Part shown: one piece after another, positions 50,350 through 59,946 of the stretch
Layout: every line of letters begins with the position of its first letter
Position numbering within the stretch: the first letter of the stretch is position 1
DNA from: Alphaproteobacteria bacterium
GTDB lineage: Bacteria; Pseudomonadota; Alphaproteobacteria; UBA828
DNA: 64,000 nt
Direction: 5' to 3'
NCBI GenBank assembly: GCA_965221125.1
Contig: CBDCRW010000003.1
Coordinates: 256,001-320,000, forward strand
The notes under the pieces: model-generated
The model's input: only the letters and a program-made list of their open reading frames with translations
Told to the model about the DNA's origin: nothing
The model's database searches: none
Made by a program: the position numbers and the translations under genes

Positions 50350-51362
50350 TGCTGGAGGTGCTGGAAGGCGGCCTGCGCACCACGATCCAGGACATGGGAC
50401 GGCGCGGCGGGCAGGCGCTGGGCATTCCGCCCTCCGGCGCGCAGGACGGGTTCGCGCTCAGGATCGCCAATTTGCTCGTCGGCAACCCGCCGGGCGGGCC
50501 GCTGGTGCTGCGCGACGATCCCGGCGCGGCCGGCCTCGAAATCACCCTCGGCCGGCTGAAGCTGAGGGCGCTGGAGGACCACACCGTGGCGCTCGCCGGC
50601 GCCGACACGGGCGCCACGGTGGACGGCGACGCGGCGCCCGTCTGGTCCAGCTTCGTCCTCCGCCGGGGCCAGACCCTCGCCTGCGGCCTCGCGCGGCGCG
50701 GCGCGCGCGCCTATCTCGCGGTCCACGGCGGGATCGACGTGCCGCTCTACCGGGGCAGCCGCGCCACCCACGTGAGCGGCGGCTTCGGCGGGCTGGAGGG
50801 GCGCCCGCTCGCGGCCGGCGACCGCCTGCCGGTGGGTGCGGCCAGCGCGCCGGCCGACGACCTCGCCGGGCGCCGGCTGCGGCCTGACCTCGTGCCCCGC
50901 TACGTGCCGCCCGCAGAGGTGCGCGTGGTCGCAGGCCCCGAGGCGCATCACTTCACGGCGGACAGCGTCGAGGCCTTCTTTGCCACCGCGTGGAAACTCA
51001 ACCCCAAGGCGGACCGCACGGGCATGCGCTTCATCGGCCCGCAGCTCTCCTTCAGGCCGGGGCGGCCGCGCTACCTGGTCGAGGACGCGGGCGTCGACCC
51101 CTCCAACATCGTCATCGACCCCGGTGCGCCGGTGGGCACGATCCAGGTGCCCTCGGGCGTGGAGCCCATCGTGCTCTGCGTCGATTCGCCGAGCATCGGC
51201 GGCTACGCGCGGATCGCCGTCGTGATCTCCACCGACATGGCGCGCCTCGGCCAGATCCGCCCCTTCGAGGAGACCCGCTTCGTCCGCATCTCCCACGAGG
51301 ATGCGGTGGCGATCCTCGCCGCGCAGGAAGCACTGATCGCGGACCCGGCCATCATCGTGTAA
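50349..51362 (+). CDS. Carboxyltransferase CT_A_B domain protein (PxpC/allophanate hydrolase subunit 2-like)
   Basis: ATG 50349; TTIQDMGR, GIPPSGAQD, ANLLVGN, GARAYLAV, GTIQVP, SIGGYARIA. Confidence 0.82.
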   Translation: MLEVLEGGLRTTIQDMGRRGGQALGIPPSGAQDGFALRIANLLVGNPPGGPLVLRDDPGAAGLEITLGRLKLRALEDHTVALAGADTGATVDGDAAPVWSSFVLRRGQTLACGLARRGARAYLAVHGGIDVPLYRGSRATHVSGGFGGLEGRPLAAGDRLPVGAASAPADDLAGRRLRPDLVPRYVPPAEVRVVAGPEAHHFTADSVEAFFATAWKLNPKADRTGMRFIGPQLSFRPGRPRYLVEDAGVDPSNIVIDPGAPVGTIQVPSGVEPIVLCVDSPSIGGYARIAVVISTDMARLGQIRPFEETRFVRISHEDAVAILAAQEALIADPAIIV

Positions 51363-51380
51363 GCGGCGCCCGCGCGGCCC

Positions 51381-51411
51381 TTGACAGAGAGCATTTCGGA
51401 CCCGCCATAAT
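51381..51411 (+). promoter_or_regulatory. Putative sigma70 promoter of the RiPP maturase operon
   Basis: TTGACA (51381) with a 19-nt spacer to CATAAT (51406); the spacer is longer than optimal. Confidence 0.4.
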
Positions 51412-51482
51412 CGTCGGGCTTGCGCACGTTTTTCTGCCAGACAGTCTCGTTTAGTCGGAACTTGCGAGAATGGTGAACATCG

Positions 51483-52784
51483 ATGAACAAACACATTAGT
51501 ACCGAAGAATTTCTCTTGAAAAAAGCAGGAGAAGATACCGAATTTCGCGCGCGTCTCCTCGCCAGACCCAAAGAAACGATCGAAAGCGAGTTCGGCGTAA
51601 CGCTGGACAAGAACCACACGATTTGCGTGCACGAAGAAAGCGATACCGCGACGCATCTGGTACTTCCGCCGCGCAGCAAGCTCGGCGAGGAAGAACGGGA
51701 AGCCACGAGAACCGGCGCCGCATCGCTCGCGTTCCTTCGCAAGACGCTCCACGACCCCGCGCCGCCGCTTCGCCCTCCCGCCCCTCGGCGTGCGCGCGCC
51801 CCAACGAGCGCTGCGACCCCCGCAGCACTTGCAAGAGCGGGCCGAGACAGCATCCGCCGCGCTCTCGAATTCCTGGAAACCACAATTGACGAGAACGGGG
51901 CCTGGCACTGCATCCGCTTCAACATGGCCGACCCGGACATACCCCGGCATTTCGAACGACCCGCCTTCGTTTCCGCTCTCTGTGTGCTTGCCCTGGAATG
52001 TTGCGGCGACGCGCGGGCCAAGGCCATGTGCACCGCCGCAAAGGCGTATCTCGCTGATACCATCGAATATCCGGGGCTGTGGCGCTACTACCGCCATCTG
52101 CCCCAAGACCTCGACAGCACGACGCTCTGTTCGCTTGTTATCGGCACCCATCCCTGGATTTTTCTGGGACGAAACGTGCCAACAATCTTGGCGAACCGCG
52201 ACGAGAACGGGCTGTTCAGAACCTGGGTGCTGGCGGAAGGCGAACCCGACGTCGTGGCGCCCTTTCGCATCGAAGCCGACCCCGTCGTCAATGCGAACGT
52301 CATCGCCTATCTCGGCGACCGCCCCGAAACGAGGGATGCCCAGCGGTGGCTGGAAGGCTTGATTGCCGAAGGCAGCCTGGAGGGCTCCTCCAAGTGGTAT
52401 CCCGACGCGGTCGCGATCTGCTACGCAATCGCCCGCGCCATGATCCGCGCGGCGCCTGCCCTCGAACACTCACGCCCGGTCCTCGCGGAGCGCATCCTGA
52501 ACCTGCGCGACGAAGACGGAGGGTTTGGCAACATCCTCAAGACCGCGCAGGCCGTCTCGTCGCTATACAACGTCGGACGCCTTGAAAGCCTCGACGCGAA
52601 ACGCACGGTGGAAGAGTTCACAAGTACGCAGCGAGAGGACGGAAGCTGGCCTGAGCTTCTCGCGTTTGGCGATCAGTACCTGAAGTGGGGAGCGGTGGGG
52701 CAAATCGGGCATGGCTCCGAAGCCGTAACCTCTGCCTTTTGTATCGAAGCTCTGGAACGCCTTGTAGAACTATTGGAGTCCTGA
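51483..52784 (+). CDS. NHLP-leader domain fused to a squalene-cyclase/prenyltransferase (alpha/alpha barrel)-like domain
   Basis: Residues 1-78 parallel the precursor leader (EFRARLLARPK..IE.EFG..L...I.VHEES....HLVLPP...LGEEERE); later PQDLDSTT, DPVVNANV, RDEDGGFG, QREDGSW. Confidence 0.7.
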   Translation: MNKHISTEEFLLKKAGEDTEFRARLLARPKETIESEFGVTLDKNHTICVHEESDTATHLVLPPRSKLGEEEREATRTGAASLAFLRKTLHDPAPPLRPPAPRRARAPTSAATPAALARAGRDSIRRALEFLETTIDENGAWHCIRFNMADPDIPRHFERPAFVSALCVLALECCGDARAKAMCTAAKAYLADTIEYPGLWRYYRHLPQDLDSTTLCSLVIGTHPWIFLGRNVPTILANRDENGLFRTWVLAEGEPDVVAPFRIEADPVVNANVIAYLGDRPETRDAQRWLEGLIAEGSLEGSSKWYPDAVAICYAIARAMIRAAPALEHSRPVLAERILNLRDEDGGFGNILKTAQAVSSLYNVGRLESLDAKRTVEEFTSTQREDGSWPELLAFGDQYLKWGAVGQIGHGSEAVTSAFCIEALERLVELLES

Positions 52785-52861
52785 AGGATTTACAGGCTGC
52801 GTTACTCGGTGGTAACATGAATTTCACGACGATCTATCTCTAGTCCATTAGAGAAGCTGCC

Positions 52862-54469
52862 ATGCCGCAAGACACGGCCGTTGGCGGTGACATGGCCCCG
52901 AACAAGGCTGAAGTCACGCGGCACGTTGCGCCGTCGTTTCTCAACGCCCTGCCGCACTATCTGCCACTGGGCATATTCCCGCTGATCGTGATTGCCGCGC
53001 TCTACGGCGGCTGGTGGTTGTTGCCGGCCTTCGTGTTCATGGGCGTCGCGGGGCCGCTCGATAGGGCGCTCGGCCTCGACGGGCGCAACATGGACCCGGC
53101 GATGACGTCGGAACGGCGCCTCTTCTGGCACAATCTGCCGGTCTGGGTCTGGGCGTTTCTCTGGCCAGCGACGCTGATCTTCGCCATGTGGCAAATCCTC
53201 GTCGCGGATCAGTTCGCCCTTTGGGAAGACGTGCTGCTGGCGATCATTCTGACCATGGAAGCGCAGGCCGTGTTCGTGGTCGGTCACGAGCTGGTTCATC
53301 GCCGCGCGACCTGGGAAAGGCGGCTCGGAGAATTCCTGCTCGCCTCCGCCTCCTATCCGCAATACGCCACGGAGCATGTCTATATCCACCATGCCAAGGT
53401 CGGCACGCCGCACGACGTAGGCTCCGCGCCCAAGGGGGAAAGTTTCTGGCGATATTTCCCCAGGGAAGTCGCAAGCAACCTCACCAACTCCTGGAAAGTC
53501 GCCGGCGAGCGCCTGGCACGGCGCCGGTTGCCCGTGTGGCATTACAGCAATCCGTTCTGGCGCTACGGCATCGCCCTCGCGTGCTGGTACGGGCTGGTGT
53601 TCTGGATGAGCGGCGGCTGGGCGGTGCCGGTCTTCGCCTTCCTCGGGCTCTGCTGCGTCTTTTCCATGAAGATCAGCAATTATTTTCAGCACTACGGGCT
53701 GCGCCGCATCCGTCTGCCCAACGGCCGGTGGGAGAAGGTATTGCCGCGCCATTCCTGGAGCGCCGACTGGAAGTTCAGCAACTGGATGTTCTTCAACATG
53801 CAGCGCCATGCGGATCACCATGCCGCCGCATCCCGCCACTACCCCCTGCTCCAGGCTCTCGGCTCCGACGAATCGCCGGTCCTTCCGGGAACATATGCCG
53901 ACATGATGAACATCGTGCTGCGGCCCAAGCGCTGGTTCGCGAAGATGGATCCGCTGGTCGATCAATGGCGCGCGCACTTCTACCCGCAGATCGACGACTG
54001 GAGCGCCTACGACAGCCGCCTTTCCGCCGCGCGGCCCGACGCCTTCGAGGCGATCGTCGAGATCTTCGGCGCGGCCCCGCGGCTTGCGGCGTGGATCGAA
54101 CGCAATTCGGAGCTCCTGGATAACCTGCAGGACCGCGAGTTCACCGACCTCGACCTGCCGAAGGGATTCGGACCGGACCAGGAATACGAAACCATCGCGC
54201 GGCGCGGGCTCGCGCGACTCTATTGGACGCACGAAATGGGCGTCCCGGACCTGAAGGACCGGGTCTCCGAATTGCCGATGGCCGATGCCAGGGAAGCCGC
54301 CGAGATCGTGCGGAACTGGTCGAACGACAAGGCGTTCCAGATCGGCATGCACGTGGTGCGCGGAAATCTTTCTCCGGCCGAGGCACAGATCGCGCTCTCC
54401 AACCTGGCCGAGGCGGCAGTCTCCACCGTGCTGGCTGCCGTCGCTGCGGATCGCGTCGACCGCGCCGGG
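52862..54469 (+). pseudogene. 5' part of an AlkB-type di-iron membrane hydroxylase/desaturase fused to a GlnE-like domain, transposon-interrupted (808 aa when restored)
   Basis: His boxes HELVH, EHVYIHH, NYFQHYG, QRHADHH; frame restored as ...DRAG-PLRGGG... after removing the element and one CCGGG. Confidence 0.82.
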
Positions 54470-54838
54470 TGTTGTTTTCCGGTCTAGCCGGATAGAAGCA
54501 CGGGTTTTTTTCTCACTTTGATTGGTTGGTGGATTTCCCGGGATGGTGGCCGAGTGCGGGAAGGACGCTGCCTGCGGCATTTTTTTGATCCTCAGCAGAA
54601 TCCTCATTGCTGTTGAAGCTGTGGAGCGGTGGGCGCGAGATCGGCGAGTGTGGTCAGGCGGTGGGCAAGCGCCAGCTTGTCCACGGGCTGTCCACACGGT
54701 CCGCAGGACGCCGATCGGTCCGCAGGACGCGTCCACGGCTCCACAGCTTGGCGGCGGCGGGGAGCGTCCGTAATCTTGGCCTCTCACTGAACGACAAAGA
54801 GAGGCCCGGGGGACGGAACTCCCGCCGGGCCAGGGCCG

Positions 54839-55474
54839 GTGCAGCTTCGCTACGAAACGGGGCTCACCAGCGAGGAATACGTTAAGACCGAGGCGTGGCG
54901 CGACGCAAGGCTTGAGCGCTGCCCGAATCACCCGCACGGCGGATGTTCTGTGGCAAGCCACGGCACCTACGAGCGGAAGACCCCGCCCGGCGCAAGGGTT
55001 CCTCGCTGGTATTGCCGTGAGAGCCATACGACCATCGGCCTGCTGGCCGACTGTCTGGCGGCGCGGCTGCCGGGCACGCTCGATGCGCTGGAAGCGGTTG
55101 TTGTCGTGGCGGAGGAGGCCGGCAGCCTGGAGGAGGCAGCGGACGAGGTGCGCTGCCCCGAGGACGAGGACGCCATCGAGCTTCCCGGCGCCGTGCGTTG
55201 GATCCGCCGCAGGCTGAAGCTTGTGCACGACGCGCTTGTGCGCGTCATCGGCCTGATCCCCGACCTGCTCGCGGGCTGCGCGCCCACCATGAGCGCGGTG
55301 CGCGAGCGTCTGAAGAGCGACAGCGCGTTGATGGAACTGCGCGGCCTGGTCGCCGGGCAGCTCCGGACGCTACCCGCGCCTCTGGGCTTCCAACCCCACG
55401 GCATCGACGTGGGGAATCGCAAACCGCAGTTCCAACAACGGGCGGGGCCGGACCCGCCGCCGGAGAGTTCGTAG
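54839..55474 (+). CDS. Transposon ORF1 (copy 2)
   Basis: Translation identical to 19988-20623. Confidence 0.65.
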   Translation: MQLRYETGLTSEEYVKTEAWRDARLERCPNHPHGGCSVASHGTYERKTPPGARVPRWYCRESHTTIGLLADCLAARLPGTLDALEAVVVVAEEAGSLEEAADEVRCPEDEDAIELPGAVRWIRRRLKLVHDALVRVIGLIPDLLAGCAPTMSAVRERLKSDSALMELRGLVAGQLRTLPAPLGFQPHGIDVGNRKPQFQQRAGPDPPPESS

Positions 55475-55519
55475 CGTGACGATCCCGGGGCCAGGGAGTC
55501 CCTGAACGAGGATCGCACC

Positions 55520-56848
55520 ATGAACAGCTCAGACGACGACCTTCGCCAACAGATCGCGCTCTTCCGATACGACGTCATCGCCGATCTGGTGCATCTGCCC
55601 GTGGGTGCACCGGGTGCCGGCGCGATGATGCGCGCCAAAGCCGAGAAGACCTACACGATCCCCGGAACCACCAGGACCCGGGTCGCCGCCGAGACCATGC
55701 GGCGCTGGATCAAGGACTACCGCTACGGCGGCTTCGACGCGCTCTACCCCAAGCCCCGCACCGACCGGGGGAAGCCCCGGCGGCTGCCGCCCGAGGTCGC
55801 CGAGCGCCTCATCGCGCTGAAGACCGAGAACGACGCATTGTCGGTTCGCGCCATCATCCAGAAGGTCAAGGAGGAGGGTATCGACCACCCGCTCGCCTCG
55901 TCCACCGTGCACCGCCTCTTCAGCCGCGAGGGCCTGTTCGACAAGAAGCCGCCCGACGGGGCGGATCGCCGCCGCTTCGCCTTCCGGCATGCCGGCGAGA
56001 TGTGGATGAGCGACGTCATGCACGGACCCAAGGTCCGGCACGGCCGAACCCGGCGCAAGACCTACCTGATCGCCTTCATCGACGACGCCACCCGCGTCAT
56101 CCCGTTCGCCGCCTTCGCCATGGCGGAGAACACTGCGGCGTTCCTGCCGGTGTTCAAGGACGCGCTGATCCGGCGCGGCCTCCCGGCCCGCTTGTACGTC
56201 GACAACGGAAGCGCCTACCGCTCCCGTCATCTCTCCCTGGTCTGCGCCAGGCTCGGCGTTGCGTTGATTCACGCAAGGGCGTTCCAGCCAGCGGGAAAGG
56301 GTAAGATCGAGCGCTTCTTCCGCACCCTCCGGGCCGGCTGGCTCCGCCACCTCGGCGATGACGTCGACAGCCTGGAGGCGCTCAACCGCAGCCTCTGGGC
56401 CTGGATCGAGGGGGAGTATCACAACAGCCCGCATCGTGGCCTCGACGAGGGGCGCACCCCGCTTGAGCAGTGGGCGCTGGCCTCGGCCGGCGTGCGCTAT
56501 CCCGACGCCACCATGGACCTCGACGATCTGTTCCTCTTCGAGGCCAGGCGCCGTGTCTACAAGGACCGCACCGTTAGTCTGAACGGCCGCGTCTACGAGG
56601 TCGACGCCCTCCTGGTGGGTCAGAACGTCATCCTGCGCTACGACCCGGCCGCGCCGCCCTCGCGCCCTCTCGACGTGGTCCATGACGGCAAGCCGGCCGG
56701 CAAGGCCAGCCCTCTCGACGCCTACGCCAATACCGCCGTCAGGCGCACCTACCCGGCCAGGGAGATCGAGGCCGAAGATCCGGCGCCCGAGCCTCCGCCC
56801 TCGCCGCTGGCCATGCGCAACCTCAAGGACAAGAAGGAGGACGAGTGA
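55520..56848 (+). CDS. DDE transposase (copy 2)
   Basis: Translation identical to 20669-21997. Confidence 0.93.
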   Translation: MNSSDDDLRQQIALFRYDVIADLVHLPVGAPGAGAMMRAKAEKTYTIPGTTRTRVAAETMRRWIKDYRYGGFDALYPKPRTDRGKPRRLPPEVAERLIALKTENDALSVRAIIQKVKEEGIDHPLASSTVHRLFSREGLFDKKPPDGADRRRFAFRHAGEMWMSDVMHGPKVRHGRTRRKTYLIAFIDDATRVIPFAAFAMAENTAAFLPVFKDALIRRGLPARLYVDNGSAYRSRHLSLVCARLGVALIHARAFQPAGKGKIERFFRTLRAGWLRHLGDDVDSLEALNRSLWAWIEGEYHNSPHRGLDEGRTPLEQWALASAGVRYPDATMDLDDLFLFEARRRVYKDRTVSLNGRVYEVDALLVGQNVILRYDPAAPPSRPLDVVHDGKPAGKASPLDAYANTAVRRTYPAREIEAEDPAPEPPPSPLAMRNLKDKKEDE

Positions 56849-57648
56849 TGTACCTGCGCCACTTCGCCTTCACCCGCCTGCCCTTCGAGACCCCGGCAGA
56901 GACCGACGAGCTGTTCGAGTCCAACGCGCGCCGCGAGGCCGAGGCCAGGCTCGGCCACCTCATCGACCTGCGCGGCATCGGCCTGCTCACCGGCGAGGTG
57001 GGCTCCGGCAAGACCACCGTGTGCCGGCATCTGACCGCGCAGCTTCATCCAGGCCTCTACCGGGTCCACTACGTCTCGCTGACCACGGGCAACGTGCTCG
57101 ACATGTACAAGGCGATCGCGTGGGAGATCGGCCTGCCCATCGAGCGCTCCCGCGCCTCGGCCTATCAGGCCATCCGAAACGAGATCTCCCGCCTCGTCAC
57201 CGAGGCCAAGCAGCTGCCGGTCCTCGTCATCGACGAGGCCCATCATCTGCGCAACGACGTCCTTGAGGACCTGCGCCTGCTCACCAACTTCGCCATGGAT
57301 GCAGAGCAGCGCCTGTGCCTCGTCCTCGTCGGTCTGACCGAGCTCAGGCGCCGCCTGGCCATGGCCATGCACGAATCCCTCAGCCAGCGCCTCGTCGTCC
57401 GCCACCACCTGAGCGGTCTCGACCGCGACGAGGTCGACGCTTACATCAAGCACCGCCTCAGGCTCGCGGGATGCGAACTGCCGCTGTTCGAAGAGCCCGC
57501 CGTCGAGGCCCTGTTCCAGGGCGCGCGCGGCCTGCCGCGCCAGATCAACCGCATCGCCCACTACGCGCTCTCCGCCGCCGCTCTCGACGAGGCGAGGACC
57601 GTCAGTGCCGACCACCTGCAGCACGCGCTCGAGGAACTGCGGCCATGA
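56845..57648 (+). CDS. ExeA-family AAA+ ATPase (copy 2)
   Basis: Translation identical to 21994-22797. Confidence 0.9.
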   Translation: MMYLRHFAFTRLPFETPAETDELFESNARREAEARLGHLIDLRGIGLLTGEVGSGKTTVCRHLTAQLHPGLYRVHYVSLTTGNVLDMYKAIAWEIGLPIERSRASAYQAIRNEISRLVTEAKQLPVLVIDEAHHLRNDVLEDLRLLTNFAMDAEQRLCLVLVGLTELRRRLAMAMHESLSQRLVVRHHLSGLDRDEVDAYIKHRLRLAGCELPLFEEPAVEALFQGARGLPRQINRIAHYALSAAALDEARTVSADHLQHALEELRP

Positions 57649-58685
57649 CCGGCTTCCCGACCCGCGCCCCGATCGAGCTGGAGGAGCGGCCGCGCGAGCA
57701 GCAATGGCTGGTGGACACGCTATGGGGCGAGCAGGCCGTCGGCATCGTCGGCGGCGAGCCGAAGTGCGGCAAGTCCATCCTGGCGCTGGACCTCGCGGTC
57801 GCAGTCGCCGCCGGCGTCCCATGCCTGCGGCACTTCGCCCCGGCCCGGCCTGGCCCGGTCCTGCTGTTCGCCGCAGAAGACGCCGGCCACCTCGTGCGCA
57901 AGCGCCTGCAGGGGATCGCCCGCGCCGCAGGCGCCCGCTTCGAGACCCTCGACATCGCCGTCATCGACGTGCCCACACTGCGCCTCGACCATCTCGACGA
58001 CCGCCGCCGCCTGCAGCAGACCGTGGAGCGCATCGCACCGCGCCTCGTGGTCCTCGACCCCCTGGTCCGCCTGCACGGCGTGGACGAGAACACGGTTGCG
58101 GACGTCGCCCCGATCCTCGGCTTCCTGCGCGACCTGCAACGCCGCTTCGAGACCGCCGTCCTCCTCGTCCACCACGCCCGCAAGAGCGGGGCCACGAGGC
58201 CGGGGCAGGCCCTGCGGGGCAGCAGTGAGCTGCACGCCTGGGGGGACTCGAACCTCTACCTGCGCCGCCGGGACCGGCAGACCCTCATGACCGTCGAGCA
58301 TCGCGCCGCACGCGGTCTCGACGACATCGAGATCGAGCTCAAGGAAGACGGAGAGGAGCCCTCCTTCCGGCTGCGCCAGCCGCCCACGGCCGGCGGCGGG
58401 GCGCCTCAGCCCGAAACACCCGAATGCCGCGTTCTCAAGGCGCTCGCCGACGCCGGGGCGCCGCTCTCGCAACGCCAGATCCGGGAACGCGCCGCGACCC
58501 GGCACAAGACCGTCGGCGTAATCTTGCAAAAGCTCGTCCAGGAGGGTCGCGTCGCGCGCAACGCCGAGGGCGGCTACAGCGTCGTCGCAGGCGCAGCGGA
58601 CAAGCGGGCGGCGGCCGCCGCCGCCAACGGCAGCAGTCGGCCGCAGGCCCCGCGGTTCCCGGAGCCCGGTTCCGCCAACGCCTAG
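57645..58685 (+). CDS. AAA_25/RepA-type helicase-like ATPase with wHTH (copy 2)
   Basis: Translation identical to 22794-23834. Confidence 0.82.
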   Translation: MTGFPTRAPIELEERPREQQWLVDTLWGEQAVGIVGGEPKCGKSILALDLAVAVAAGVPCLRHFAPARPGPVLLFAAEDAGHLVRKRLQGIARAAGARFETLDIAVIDVPTLRLDHLDDRRRLQQTVERIAPRLVVLDPLVRLHGVDENTVADVAPILGFLRDLQRRFETAVLLVHHARKSGATRPGQALRGSSELHAWGDSNLYLRRRDRQTLMTVEHRAARGLDDIEIELKEDGEEPSFRLRQPPTAGGGAPQPETPECRVLKALADAGAPLSQRQIRERAATRHKTVGVILQKLVQEGRVARNAEGGYSVVAGAADKRAAAAAANGSSRPQAPRFPEPGSANA

Positions 58686-59090
58686 GGGTTCGAGCCGGAA
58701 CCGCCGTCGGGAACCACCCTTCCCCAACGGTCCGGAAGGCGCTGCGCCTCCACCGGGATACTACGTCAGGTGAGCGGCCAGTCCGTGGCCGGAAGCTTGC
58801 TTCAGGCCATGGCAGCACTTCGTCGTGTGGACGGTGGCGAGTCACCCGAAGGGCCGAAGCGAAGCGCAGGAGCGGCGCAGCCGCTTGACGCGCCGACGGC
58901 CGCGCGACACCTCGTCAGCTCTCCTCAAGCACCAGTCCAAACCTCAATCAGACAGCGACCCCGGACCGCCCGCAGAGACCATGAGCTCCTACGCTTCGAT
59001 CCGGAAAAGACCGAGCAATCTGGGAAATCAGGGCAGCGATCACGTCAAATAATCTGGGAGATTCGGCGTCAAATAACGTGCGAAACAACA

Positions 59091-59914
59091 CCGGGCCGCT
59101 GCGGGGCGGCGGGATCGCCGCGGTATTCCTCGGCGATCTCGCGAGCCGGGAGGCGTACCCCGGCGTTGCCATCGACATGCTGTTCGTCCACGACGGCCCG
59201 GAAATCGGCGAGAATGAACGCCTGTGTCGGCGCTTCCGAAAATCTCTCACCGCTCTCGCGCGCGACAGTCTGTTGTTCTCCCCGGTTCCGCCCCGCGCGC
59301 AGGCCCTTCCCGCGCTGCCGCTTTCCGAGCTGGCCGAGCGTTGTAGCGATCTTTCTGCCGACGGAATTCCCGTCCTCACCAGGGCACGCTGCGTGTTCGC
59401 GTGCGGCGATTCCGATATCGGCCGCCGCTTCGGCGAAGCGCGGGGCGAAGCGCTGGCCGCGTGCGTGGCAGACGAGTCCCTGATCGCCCAGCTTCGTGCG
59501 CGGCGCGAAGACCCGGCCGCAACGGGCGTCTCCAACTACGCCCGCATGCGCGGCGGCCTGGAGGATGTCGAGAGGGCCGCGCGAACCCTGCAGGTGACGA
59601 ATGCCGACGCCGCCGTCCCCGACCCGGCGCCGAGCGCTGCGGCGGTGCTCGATGCCGCCGGTGCCCAGGACCTGGCGCAGGCTGCGGCCTTGTGGCGGGA
59701 CCTGCAGGGCATCACGCGCCTCGTCGGCGATGAAAAATTCGACGCGGCCGAGGCGCGGCCCAGGGTCAGGTCTCTCGTTGCGAGCGCGTGCGGGCACGAG
59801 GATTTCGACGCGCTGACGGCGGCGGTCACTGATACCGCATCCCGCGCCGCCGCCCGGATCGACTCGCTTGGTCTCGCGGGCGCCAAGGACGCGCCCGCTC
59901 TTTCGCGCACCTGA
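59091..59914 (+). pseudogene. 3' part (GlnE nucleotidyltransferase-like, degenerate) of the interrupted AlkB fusion
   Basis: AAVFLGDLASREAYPGVAIDMLFVHD resembles GlnE AVIAMGKLGGxELxxxSDxDLIF; RGGLEDVE resembles GlnE GGxxDIEF. Confidence 0.65.
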
Positions 59915-59946
59915 ACGCGCCGGCCGATCCGGCCCGAAAAACCTGA

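Larger units (their letters stand above)
54470..59090 (+). mobile_element. 4621-bp four-gene DDE transposon, copy 2 (5-bp TSD CCGGG)
   Basis: Same ends and same ORF translations as copy 1; CCGGG at 54465-54469 and 59091-59095. Confidence 0.95.

Noticed and set aside
43661-51362. N-terminally extended ORFs 43661-46024 and 49446-51362 (likewise 22464-23834 and 27239-28693)
   Set aside because: The extensions overlap real genes in another frame and read as low-complexity Arg/Pro/Gly; downstream starts were chosen.
54470-59090. Second copy as an assembly duplication
   Set aside because: Both insertions have distinct TSDs and precise removal restores reading frames, which a misassembly would not produce.
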